Shown: positions 48,101 through 59,811, numbered from the stretch's first letter. The stretch is DNA of 64,000 nucleotides from Mantamonas sphyraenae STR306 (GCA_026936335.1 JAPMXV010000010.1:186001-250000); one strand, 5' to 3'. Translations and numbers: made by a program. The notes: a model not told the origin generated them from the letters alone.

Positions 48101-51085
48101 CTCCGCAAACGCATCGACGATGTCCGACATCCTACCATCGTCGCTGTCGACACGAATGGTGTATGTCCTGGCGTTCACCACACCGTCCCTGAGCGCCATT
48201 GATGGGCCCGGGGCAGGTGCAGGTGCCGTTTGGTTTGGTTTGTGCTCCGGCACCCGCGTGTTCCTCGCCAGCTCCGTCAAATCGTCCACGGAAGACGCCA
48301 AAGAGTAATCCGCACACAGTTGGCGCATGACATACTTGAGCTGCGTACTGGTCCTTGTTCGCATGGCCGGGCGAACGGATGCCAACGCGAGACGCAGACC
48401 GCCCGAATCGCCCAGAGCCGGGCCCAGCTCGTCGGCGCTGTCGGCGCTGGATGTGGCATATGTGTCCTCACGTGCGCTGGGCATTGCATGTGCCTCTTGC
48501 ATGTCCTCTGTCTGCATCTCATCCGACTCCACTTCGTTTTCCAAGTCCTCTTGCTCCGCCCCGGCTCTTCCGTCGGCCTCCCAGGCCTTTACAAACGCCT
48601 CTTCATCCTGGACATCCTGGACACCATTCTCAAGGTCCTCTGTCTCCATACCCGACTCCACTGCGTCGTCAGCGACCTGGTCCACCTCCCCGGTTTGCAC
48701 ATCTTCGTCATCTGCGCTGGCGTCGGCCTTCCAGACCCTGTATGCCTTGGCGAACGCATCCTCGTCCATGGTGACGTCGTTTTCCCGTTCGTCATCGATT
48801 TGTACCCCCAGCGTCTCGGCCAACAAGGTCACCTGTTCCACCATGCCGCTCCTCGCCTCCTTGATTTCGACATCCGACGCGCGTCCACGAGCAGGTGCTG
48901 TCGGCTCAAGCGTGGAAGCCTGCACGTTGGAATGAATGATTTGGTCCACAGCGTTCTGTACACACCACTTCTGTTGTTGTTCGGCAACGCGCTGTACACA
49001 GTCGCAGATGCGTTCGCGATGGAAGTGGAGAAGGCCCACGGGAGCACGCTGTACAATGGCGCCCGCACAGGTTCCACCCAAAAGCGCATACGTGAAGAAG
49101 CGTGCGTTTGTGCTGTCGTTGCCCATGTGCACCGCTCTCAAATCGACTGTGTTGCCAGCACGGTACTCGTTCCAGTTGTCCTGCCGGCACCAGCCGCACC
49201 GGACGCCTCTCGCCATGAGTGCACAAGCGTCTGCACCCACCACGAGTGCATCTGCGGCGTGCTGAATGGCGCACAGGTTTGCATCGTCTGTTGGCAACAC
49301 ACAAAGGCCCTGGTCCACCCAAACGTTCCCGTCGTCGCTGATCGAAACGCGGTCGTTGTCCGCACTCCTCAGGGTCTCGTACAGCCCACGCAGCCGGTGT
49401 TTTTTGGTGTACGTGTGTACGTGCGCGTCCAGCTCCTGCCGGAATGATGCAGGGATCGCATGGATGGCCGCCAGAACCAAATCCATCCCCGCCTCCTCGA
49501 CGCTGCCTTCCTTGGCGCTGCCATCCTCCACGCCGCCGAGTATGAAGTGGTCGAACCCAGCAACTTCAATGTCGTCGGCAAAGCGCTGGACAAGCGGACG
49601 CACGGACCGGACAAGTTTAGCCAGGGTGGCCGTTTCTGCGAACGCGGCTGAGACAAAGCTCCACGTCCTCACCGGACGGCCCTCAGGTGGTGTGGTACAT
49701 TCCAGTGGGACGTACGTGGTCATACCCTCGGGTGACATGCGAGCGAGCGCCTCGACGATGTCATCGCCACTGGAATTTTCGTTCAGCTGCTGATCGAGAG
49801 CATCGCCGCCGTTGGTCAGCACAACGGCGTTGTAGTCCCCCAATGTTGCTGGTTTCGGTGCAGGAAGAGGCACGCGAGCACCAGCTTGACCGTAAGGCTT
49901 GGCACGCTTCGCCGTTGATGCTTCGGGGGCGAAAGAGGCGTTGGCGTGTCCCGGCTTGATGTGAAACGAAGGACAGGAATCGCTTGTTCGGCCTATCATA
50001 CGAGCGCTGTATGTTCGGCCAAAGTGCTTCCCCACGTACCTGGCCACCTCTTTGGCAGAGAGCCTCGCCGCAGCAAGTGTGCACTCACACGCGTCGCCCT
50101 TGCGGGCTACTTCAATGCACAGCGCATACTCAGACATTGCGTAGACGCGGCCACCGTGAATGAGAGATGCCTTCAGCAAGTGGCTGATGCTGAGCCAGCA
50201 CAGGTCATCGTTTCGCCGCGAGCGTGAGCGTGTTTGCTTGAGAAAAGGCCAGACCTGGGTTGTGAACCGCTTGCGTGCTTCCTTGGCGCGTCTCAGCAAC
50301 GTGGGGCTGGCTTGGCATTTTGTGGTACTGATGTGATGCAGAAACTCCGTCTGCTCGGGGTACTGCACCCTCGCCTGCGCCCACCGTTTGGGCTGCTTTT
50401 TCTGCGTGCCTTCGCCAGTTTTGAGCGCCGTGTACATCTGCCGTGCTTGATCTGTTCGAATGTCGTTGAGAAAGTGTGTGCGTACAAAGCGGTGTTTGCT
50501 CCGTTGCCTGGTGGGCCTTCTAGGTTTGACGGTGTGCCACGAGGAGGAAACCCAATCTGACTCCGGCTCGACCTGGATATCGGTATCCATGGGGTCTTTC
50601 GTGACCGTGTCTTTGCCTTTGCTGTCTGCCTCAGTTTGCTGACGAGTGTGTGTGTGTGTGTGTGTCGTGAGGGGTCCCACACGTGTGTGAGCCGCAGCAA
50701 ACGGAATTGAGTGAGGCGGAATTCAACCTACTCGCCCGTTGCCACTTCTGCTCGAGGAGGAGGAGGCTGAAGACGTTGAACGAGATGCACGGCCTCGACG
50801 GCCTCGGGATGCGCTGCGGGATGCACGGGATGCGCGACCTCCCCTGGAATGTGTCTCTTGGTTCTGTACACGTTGCCGTTTCTGCTGTCGCCACTCCAAC
50901 GTTTGCCTGCTCCTTCGTTCACGTCTATTTTCCCGAGCCTCAACGCTACGCGGTGAATGAGATACCTCATCCCGTGTGTCTTCATCGTCTCGACCCCTCT
51001 TGCCGCCCTCATCACACAGCAGCAAGAGAACCAACATGAAGAAGAACCAACGGAAGCGCATGTTGTTTTGGCGACCACGGCGCAT
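45164..51085 (-). CDS. Giant Fanzor1-like (TnpB/IS200-IS605 superfamily) RNA-guided RuvC nuclease; main exon 50638-45164, predicted upstream exon ending at 50732
   Basis: RuvC-I VIGMDPN (D at 46001-46003), Gly-rearranged RuvC-II LLAFGNGGF...TREAYTSALCRECG (E at 45422-45424), CARC, and RuvC-III HKDTDAAVTI (D at 45290-45292). Phase-0 intron 50731-50639 (gtaggt...cag). The true start codon is uncertain. Confidence 0.88.
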
Positions 51086-51637
51086 AGTCGAGCAGTCACT
51101 CGTACATTCTCATTCCAACGTGTAGGGTGGCGTTGACAACATTCATTTCGGTGTCCCAGGGTCCTCGCGGCTCTTGCGAGGAATCGTTCTGCAAACACAT
51201 CGAGCTTGTTCAACATGGTGCACTTACGCATGATCGAACCGTAAGAACCCGCAGAAGAGCGAAATCATGTCTTGGTGAACATTCTATGTGTTTCTGGGCG
51301 TTGTTCTCAAGGGTGGAGCCACGTTCACGCTCAATTGCAACCGGCTGCGCACAGTGTTCAAATGCAACCCCCACAATGGCAAGGACAAAGTGCATCCCAA
51401 GGGCACCGCGCACGTACGTCGTTGCATGGGAGCAGGTGCGGCCTGCTTTGAAACGAAACGGAGAGAACGTGGTCCGAGAGGTGCTGCGAAGCATCACCGA
51501 GCTCAAAATGCCGGACGGCAGGATGAGTGCAAAGACGGAAAATTTGGGAGATGCCAAAACGCAGGTTTTGTTGGGAATGTGTGGGAACGTGACAGTGACG
51601 ACACTGGAGCTGCGAACGGAAGCGAACAGCCTGAAAA

Positions 51638-51699
51638 TTCATTCCTGCACCTTGCAAACAACGATCGAGAGAGGAGGAGTTCATTCCTGTGCACCTTGC
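51638..51699. repeat. Imperfect direct repeat ttcattcctg(tg)caccttgc x2
   Basis: Copies at 51638-51655 and 51680-51699 are identical apart from a 2-nt indel and lie immediately 3' of the kelch stop. Confidence 0.8.
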
Positions 51700-53615
51700 T
51701 CAACCGCTGTGCGTGGCCGCCTCGGCATCCGCAGCATCCATCTTGTCGTAAAAGGTGGCGACGGAAGAGAGATCGACGGTGTTGAGGTTCTTGAGCTGGG
51801 ACTCGTCCTCGGAGGCACCTCCGAAAATGACGAGGAGGTTGTCCGGGGTCAGGACGACGTCGTGGCCCGAGCGACCGAGGGACGGGGTGCCAGACACGTC
51901 GTAGACGCGGTTCCACTGCTTCTTGCTGGTGTTGTAGAAGGAGACAGAGTTGTCGTAGCCCCAGCTGTTCTCGCCGCCAAAGGTGACGAGGACGTTGCCG
52001 TTGAAGGTGGTTGCGGTGTGGGTGCTGATGTTGTCAAAGACACTCTCGTAGGGACCGGCCCACTCCATGGTCTTGGTGTTGAGCACGTACAGCTGGTTGG
52101 AGTAGTTCTTTCCAAACAGACCCGAGCTGACACCTCCGTACACGTACATAAACTCGTCGACGAGGTTGGCGGTGTGGTAAGCCAGCGGGCTCGGGGCCGG
52201 ACCAGAGATCTTGACGTCGCGCATGTCCACCCACGCGTTGTTGTTTGTGTCAAACAGGGCCAAGTTGTCCAGGTAGATCTCTTCGCCCGAGAGGGTGGAC
52301 AGACCGCCATGGAAGAGGATGATGCCGTGGTCCTTGTTCAGGGCAGCAGCGTGGCCGAAACGTGCCGTCATGGGCTCGCCCGTGACCTCGACCACATTCC
52401 ACTCCAGCTCCTCCTTGCTGGTGTCCAGCACGTACATGTTGTCGTCGGCAGCCGAGCCCAGCTCGTTCAGGCCGCCAAACACGTACAGGTTGTTGCCCAC
52501 AAGGGTGGCCGTGTGCGAATGGCGCGGCGACGGCACAGAGCCGCTCTGCTCGCAGCGTGTCCACGTGTACGACTCTGTGTGCGATGGGAGAAGGAGGAGG
52601 AGGGACGGGAGAGAGATGTCAGTCAACCACTTGAGACGAATACCCAACCCAGCACGAGGATGAGCACATACCCAAGTCCAGCTTGTAAATCTGGTTGGAA
52701 CAGTCGCCGTTGCTGCGCACACCGCCAAACAGGAGCACAGTGGTGTCGTTGATGAGCGTGAGGGTGTGGTGCTTGCGTTCGGTGGGGATGGCTCCCTGGA
52801 CCTCGGGTGCGTCCCACTTGAGGACCACTGTGCAGGTGGACGGTCGCGGTGAGTCACATGGTGGGTGTCAGTACGGTCCAACTGTGCACACAACAACGAG
52901 CACAGACAGCCGGCAAAAAGCAAGCAAACGCACCTTCGGCCTTTCGGCGCGGGCGCCAGTTGAACATGCGCTGCACAACCTCTGCCTTGGCTGTGTGTGT
53001 GGTGTGACGTGTGAGTGACGTGTGCACAGAGTGCGCTTGTGCGATGGCCGGACTCGACTTTGTTGCCGCCGTAGCTCGCCCGAGGCGAATTGGCACAGAG
53101 AGGGGAAAATTGGCAAACGGGCAGCCCCTGGCACACCTCTCTGGCATCACCAGAGTTGTGTGCGACCCGTGTACGCAGACAGGATGTGGACTTGGCCCTG
53201 TGTGTGTGGCTTGGCATGGACGCGCTGGGAAAAGAGCAACCACGTACGGCGAATGAAATACTGGGTCTCGCCCTTGAGCGGGATCATGGTCTTGCCGTCG
53301 ATGTCCAACGGGATAATCACGCCCTCGTTGTCCACAAGCAGGGCGTTGGCACCGAACGTGCCGTTGACCGCCAGCTGGCCGGCGTCGTCCACGTAAACGT
53401 CTTGTCCAGAAATGTTGACGGTGGTCCTGGAGTGTGACAACGGCAAGCAGAGTGGGCAGAGTGGGTGTGCCGAATCGTGCTCTTTCGTGTCAGTGCTTTC
53501 CCTCTCCATTCCACCCTCTACTGCCCTTTCCGTCAAGGTGTGCATGCGCCCAACCTGCCCCTCTCTGTGCTGTGACAGCCTCTGTGGTCTTCCCCGGTGT
53601 GGTGGAAACGTACAT
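51700..53615 (-). CDS. Kelch-repeat protein (Rab9-effector/KLHDC-like beta-propeller), multi-exon
   Basis: Repeats PTERKHHT...LFGG, PSPRHSHTAT...VFGG, ARFGHAA...FHGG, LAYHTAN...VYGG and GRSGH...IFGG. Exons approx 53615-53614, 53426-53247, 52991-52935, 52829-52672 and 52573-51700. Confidence 0.85.
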
Positions 53616-53750
53616 GATGAAATGGGGTGGTTACAGTAGAGCAGAGCTCGCACCTGCTCCCCAACCCAACAATGCATGGAAGGACTCCATTCACCACCAC
53701 CAAACAACAACAGTCGATACTAGCGATCTGCACATCCTTTCCTGCTTCAT

Positions 53751-55232
53751 TTACTCGGCATTCTCGGCGAAAAAGTCCTTGCAAGTCTGGACCACATAGT
53801 CGCGCTGTTCCTGAGTGAGCTCGGGGAAGATGGGCAGCGAGAGGAGCTGAGGGGCAGCCTCGGTGGCCACGGGCAGCTTGTCGGTGAAGTGCTCGAGGTT
53901 CTTGTAGCAGCCGAGCTTGTGGATGGGGATCGGGTAGTGGATGCCCGCGCCGACGCCACGCTCGTTCAGGTAGTCCTTGATGGCGTCACGGTGCTTGGTG
54001 CGCACGACATACAGATGCCACACGGGGTCGGCCCAGTCCGAGGTGGTGGGCAGCACAAAGTCGCCCACGCCCTCCAACTGCTTGTTGTAGTCGGCGGCAC
54101 TCTCCTTGCGGCTGTTGTTCCAGTCGTCCATGTACTTGAGCTTGACATCGAGCACGGCGGCCTGCACAGTGTCCAGGCGCGAATTGCCGCCCTCGCTGTC
54201 GTGGTGGTACTTGACCTTGGAGCCCCAGTTGCGCCAGAGACGAATCTTCTCGGCGAGCTCAGTGTTGTTGGTCACCACACAGCCGGCGTCACCGTATGCA
54301 CCCAGGTTCTTGCCCGGATAGAAGGAAAAGGTGCCCATGTCACCAAAGGTGCCGATGCGCTTGCCCTTGTACTCTGCGCCGTGGGCCTGCGAGCAGTCCT
54401 CGATGACCAGCAGGTTGTACTTCTTGGCAATCTCCAGAATCGGGTCCATGTCAGCCGGGTGGCCGTACAGGTGCACCTGTGTGTGGTCAATCCGTGTGCG
54501 CCGATGTCCACAGCAGGGCGTGCGTGCAATGAGCAGTGTCAGCAGGCCGTATGTGCACCAGGAGTCCGGAAAGAGGGCTTCCGGGACGCGGGCTCCCGTG
54601 AGCCGACCGTTTCCGGAAACAACGCGGGCAAAAAACGTACAGGGATGATGGCCTTGGTCTTGTCGGTGATGGCCTCCTCGAGCTTGCTCACGTCCATCAT
54701 CATGTTGTCCTCGCAGCAGTCGACCTGAGAGTGGGCGCCCGTGGTGTCAGCATGCCTGTCTGTTGCGTGGGTCGGGGAAACGTGGCGCACGAGGCTACAC
54801 GGACAAAAGGCAAAACGCAGCACCCGGCCTCGCTGCAGCCAAATCCAGCATGCAGCATGCACACACACACACACACACACGCTCTCCAACCTGCCCCACG
54901 CGCTCACTTACCAGCACAATGTCGGCGTCGCAGTTCGAGGCACCCTGGCAGGTGGCCACAAAGGTGTTGGCTTGCGTGATGACCTCGTCACCTGCGGTGA
55001 CGCCCGCAGCCCAGCAGGCGATCTCGATGGCGTCGGTTCCGTTTCCCACACCAATGCAGTGGTCCACACCCACCCACTTGGCAAAGTTATCCTCAAAGGT
55101 TTTCATCTGCGGACCCTGGATGAAGGCGCACGAGTCGATCACCTCGTGGATCGCCGCGTCCACCTCTTCCTTGATCACGTTGTAGTTGGCCTTCAGGTCA
55201 ACGAGCGGAATGTTCATCTTTGCGCTGGACAT
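53751..55232 (-). CDS. DegT/DnrJ/EryC1/StrS-family PLP-dependent sugar aminotransferase, 3 exons
   Basis: [55 protein letters not shown] (PLP lysine) and [10 protein letters not shown]. Introns at 54911-54725 and 54640-54477. Confidence 0.93.
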
Positions 55233-55453
55233 CTTGATTCGTAGGGGGGTTGTTTTGCGTTCGGTGTGCACACAAGTGGTCCACCCGGCGCATCGCAACC
55301 CCGAGCGTTTTTGTGGGCCCAATTTCCACCAGACTGGGGCAGAATTTGGCGGCACCCCACAAAACACCCCATGTGTGTTGTCTGTGGACACCAGTGTGTA
55401 CCCATGAGCCTGCATGCACGCGCTTGGGCAAACAACGTTTTTCCGCACTCTCC

Positions 55454-58173
55454 ATGCTCGACCTCGTGATTGTGCCCAAGGAGGGCACGGACCAGTTCCA
55501 GATCGGCATGACAATGGCCGACGTCATCACCAAGTTGCAGAACAACCCAAAAAAGTACACTCGGGTGGAGGTGCGCTACTTGGATGCGCAACCGTTTGCC
55601 ACGTACATCACCCTCAGGTTGCCCGAGGACGGCTTCCAGCTCAAGTTTGACCCCATTTCCCAGCGGTTGGTCGTCGTGGAGGTGTATGACCTGAGCCTGG
55701 TCAAGATCATCTACGATGGGGCCGTGCTTTCCGGTCCCGAGATTCCCGCCACCTTCCGCAAAGTCTTTGACCTCTTCAAGATTGCCAGTCCGGGCGACTA
55801 CGACCCACAGCGACACGTGTACAACCAACACTATGGCGTAAGTGACTGTGTGCTCCCTGCAACGGTGTGCATGGATCTGCCGCCTGCCCACCGTCCAACG
55901 TCAAAGGAAAATGGCCACGCGTTTGCGTCAGCGCTGTCCCACGCCTCGCCGCAACCCTACACACTGCTGACCAATCACACACTTGCCCACTTGCACTGCA
56001 CATCGCCGCACAGGGGATTACCTTTGTGTTTCCCATCCCAGAGGAGTTTGACGAGCTGTACCGGAATCCGGAACAAGGTGGGTGTCGGGTGTTTGGGCGA
56101 CACGAGAGTGAGCGAGGGAGTGCGGCTGACACGCAGGCACACACGCTTCAGAGATGCCCACCAAGCTGCCAGACGGCACCATTCCGTGTGCCTCACGCAT
56201 TTGTGTGTACAATGGACGCTATGAACGGCCCGTGCTGCCTAGGTTGTCGGCCAAAAACACGCTGTACTTTGAGCCGGTGGAAGTCGAGGTTGGTTTTCCT
56301 CCTGCACGCGTACGCCCATCCCGTCCCAGCAGCACAGCTCTGACACACCCATGCATACACACACCACCTCCCCCGTTTGCAGCTGGGCAAGGGAGTGCAC
56401 TTTACCAAACGCAAAGTGTGGCTGCGCTTTGGTGACGACGTGCAGAGTGCACTGCGCAGTCTCGGCGCACCCGAGTCTGTGTATTACAAACATGTGAGTG
56501 TTGTGGAAAGTGATGTGTGAGGGCCATGCGGGGCAAGGGAGGATGAGAGACGTGAACACACTGCTCACACATCCACACAGATTGCTAGCGTGGCGAGCGG
56601 AGGCAAGGTGGACAGCGACGACTACGTCACACCGCGCGCAGACTACTTTTTCAACTACTACACCCTGGGCATGGACATCCTCATGGACGGATACACACAC
56701 ACCATCAAGAAGTTTGTGCTGCACACCAACCTGCCAGGCCATTACGACTTTAACCGCTACCGAAAGTGCAACTTTTTCCTCAAGGTGCCCTCGTACGTCA
56801 AGGACAAAGTGCGACAGCAGTCCTCTTCCTCTTCCTCTTCCTCTTCCTCCTCCTCTTCCGCCCAGTCTGGCAGTGACTTTGTGCACGCAGACGAGCACTG
56901 GAGCAGGGTGCAGGAACAGTTTGGCGACGCCGGCCCGCCGCTGATGAAGAGCGCCAGCGAAAAGAACCCGTTCAACCAGACCAAGTTTTACATCTACACC
57001 CACGTGGTGTTTGAGATTGTGGTCAAGAACGGCCACATCTCCTCAGTCAGCCTGTTCAAGGATGCCGACGGCGAGGCGGCTGAAAAGCTTGCCGTGTCGG
57101 AGGCCGCAACGGCCTCAGGCAAGGGGAAGGAGACAGTGTCTGGCACGGACAACACCACACACACGCATAGCAGTAGCAGCAACAACAACACGGCCACGGT
57201 TGCCATCGAGGAGTACACAGGGACACAGGAGAGCAACAGCACCACCAGCAGCAGCATCACGTCTCACGAGCCCATCACCCTTGTGCGAAGGACAACCGGC
57301 AACACAGGCAGCAGCAGAACGACATCCACGACGACGACGACGACGGCAGCGGCGGCGGCGCAGGATGCCGATGTACAGAACGGTGGCAGCGACGCAGGGT
57401 TTGTCTTTGGAGCAAACAGCAACAGCAACAACGGCGGCACGGGCACGGGCACAACAACAACAACAGCCAGTGTGACCGTGGGACAACCATCCACACACTC
57501 CATCACAGACAGGGTCGAACAAACCATGCTCGACGTCGCCTCGGCGTTGCCTGATTCTCGGGGCAGCGGGACTCGGACATTCGCCGGCCTCAGCACCAGT
57601 GACGCTGGCACCACGTCCAACACCATGACCACCACACACACATTGCAGACTCATAGCCTCGACAACGACGACGATACGGAAGGCCGCCGCGACGAAAGCC
57701 CCGAAGCAAACTTGGTCAGCCTTGGCAGCAGCCCGGAACCTCAGTCAGGCAACTTGCAGGGGGCGTGGAGCACTCGGTCAGGCTCATCGCTGTTTGAGAC
57801 CACAAACAACAATGGCACTGGCGGCGATGCCAACAACGATGAAAGCGGGCCGGCCATTGTGTGGCAGACCGACGAGGGCATGACCCTTCTGCCGTCTGCA
57901 TCCTCGCACGACGACGACGGCGATGCATACGGACAGGGCACATCCGAACCCACCACGCCTGTGTTTGTGGTGGACGACGACGCCCTGGGCGACTTTGACA
58001 ACGACGACGGCTTCGAGCCGGTCTCTGCGCCGCGTGGACGCCGTCGCATCAACAGCGGCGAAGGAGAGCGCACACAATGGCCCCGCGTCGGTGACTTTAC
58101 CTTTACCTTTCGCACAGCGTCCACACAGAATGACTGGGAACACTTGCCAAGGGAGAGCGAGGATGCGGAGTAG
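55454..58173 (+). CDS. PHAF1: PHAF1/C16orf70 (UPF0183) homolog with a long low-complexity C-terminal tail, multi-exon
   Basis: MLDLVIVP...FQIGM...LKFDPISQRL, GITFVFPI, LGAPESVYYK and DYFFNYYTLGMDIL...KKFVLHTNLPGHYDFNRYRKCNF. Confidence 0.88.
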
Positions 58174-58225
58174 CCGCCAAGGCAAAAGAAATCCAACCCA
58201 TTGTGATCAAGCACACCGTAGCATC

Positions 58226-58811
58226 ATGAGTTCCAGTGTGATTTCGTTGCCCTATCTCATCCGTGTTGTGCGAGCGTACGACCTACCGGCCGCAGACCGC
58301 AACGGGTTGTCCGACCCGTTTGTCAAGCTCATGCTGTGCAACAGCAGCCCCGAACAGACCTACACCACCAAAGTCATCGACAAGACAGTGGAGCCCGAAT
58401 GGGACGAAGAATTCAAGTTGTACGTTGCCGAGAGGACCACACCACCGGGAAACGGCGTGCAGACCCGAGTCCGCACGCACTCACACTCACACACATGGCC
58501 CACACTCAACCGCCACCGGTGATGGTGACACAATCACACACACACACACACACACACACAACTTCTTGCGCACACAGCATTGTGTTTGCGGGCGAGGCTG
58601 TGGAAAGCATGATCCAAGTGTCGGTGTACGACAAAGATTGGAACGGCAAAGACTACCTGGGCGGCGTCAAGGTGGATCTGGCGCCCATTGTGGCGGACGG
58701 AAAGGAGCATCACTTCTGCGAGTACCAACTGCGTGACAAAGAACACAACCCAAGTGGCGTCATTGTGCTCAGTTTCACGCCCATCAAACGCAAGAGCAAA
58801 CACACCAGCCG

Positions 58812-58851
<40 letters not shown>

Positions 58852-59811
58852 CTGGCCAGCTCCACTCCCGTGCGCAGCGCAAGCTCGGGCATGCTCGCCA
58901 GCGACAAGGTTGTCCATGGCTCTGCATCACACAAGGCCCACGCATCGGCGTTGGAGCAGGCGCCGCCAGCCGAGGGAGGGCCGCAACCCAACACCAAGCC
59001 CAAGTCGCTCCTCAAACAGATCTCCGGCCTGGGCAAGAAGGACCACGGCGACAAGGATAAGGCGAGTTCCACCTCGAGCAGCACCAAAGACGCAGGCGAC
59101 AAGGGAAAGACCGCCAGTGACAAAGGAAGCAGCAGCGGTGGAGGCGGCGGCAACAGCAGCAGCGGCTCCAGCAAGGCGATCGTCGAAGACACCAAAGCAA
59201 AGAAGCCCGGCATGTTTGCCGCCGGCACCAACCTTTTCAAGCGTACAAACTCCAAGGCTCGCATGCGGGACAACAAAAAGATGAAGGAGGTGTCGTTGAT
59301 CACGGGCGACTTTCGCATCACCGTCGTCCGCGCCAGCGGGCTGCGTGCGGCTGATAGCAACGGCACAAGCGATCCGTACTGCACATTTACGTACGGCGGC
59401 ATCACTCACACCACAAAAGTGGTGGAAAAGACTCTGGAGCCCGAGTTTGACGAGGCCTTTGTGTGCACCTTTGACCCCGAAGAGGACACCAAGATTGTCA
59501 TCGACGTCTACGACAAGGATGCCCTCGCCGACGACTTTCTGGGCCGTGTCATCATCGACCTGAAGGAACACATCAAGAAGAACGAGCTGCTGGAGCTGCC
59601 CCTGGGCGAAAAGTCGGTTCGCAGCAAGCGGGACCTCGCCACAGGCACTCTCGAGGTCCATCTGGAAACCCAAAAGATCACCAAGGATATGATCAACAAG
59701 GCCAAAGTGGTGGTCAAGTCTCGCCGCGCCGTCACACCGCCCGCAGGCAGCTTTGACCTCGTCGTGGTGTTTTTCTTCTGCCTCCTCGCCTTTCTCTGGC
59801 GCAACGTATGA
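58226..59811 (+). CDS. Tandem C2-domain protein with a C-terminal TM anchor, 2 exons
   Basis: LPAADRNGLSDPFV...PEWDEEF, VYDKD...DYLG, and a second C2 LRAADSNGTSDPYC...DDFLG. Hydrophobic tail VVVFFFCLLAFLW; intron ~58420-58578. Confidence 0.85.

Larger units (their letters stand above)
44970..51690 (-). mobile_element. Fanzor-carrying insertion (non-autonomous or domesticated); boundaries approximate
   Basis: Segment between the RRP12 stop (44966) and kelch stop (51700) holds only the Fanzor-like gene and a structured 3' non-coding region. Its codon usage looks less GC3-biased than flanking genes (by eye). No TIR/TSD or transposase identified. Confidence 0.5.

Noticed and set aside
45164-50680. 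Interpretation as a CRISPR-associated Cas12 or bacterial contamination
   Set aside because: No CRISPR array or cas1/cas2 was seen, the flanks are intron-containing eukaryotic genes, and the catalytic site is the Fanzor-type rearrangement.
45025-51360. Possible terminal inverted repeat (tgaacactg at 45025-45033 versus cagtgttca at 51352-51360)
   Set aside because: Only 9 bp, not at evident termini and no flanking TSD; expected by chance.
51376-51690. Plus-strand frame starting MARTKCIPR, resembling the histone H3 N-terminus (MARTK)
   Set aside because: Similarity stops after five residues, there is no histone fold, and the frame runs on as the antisense shadow of the kelch gene.
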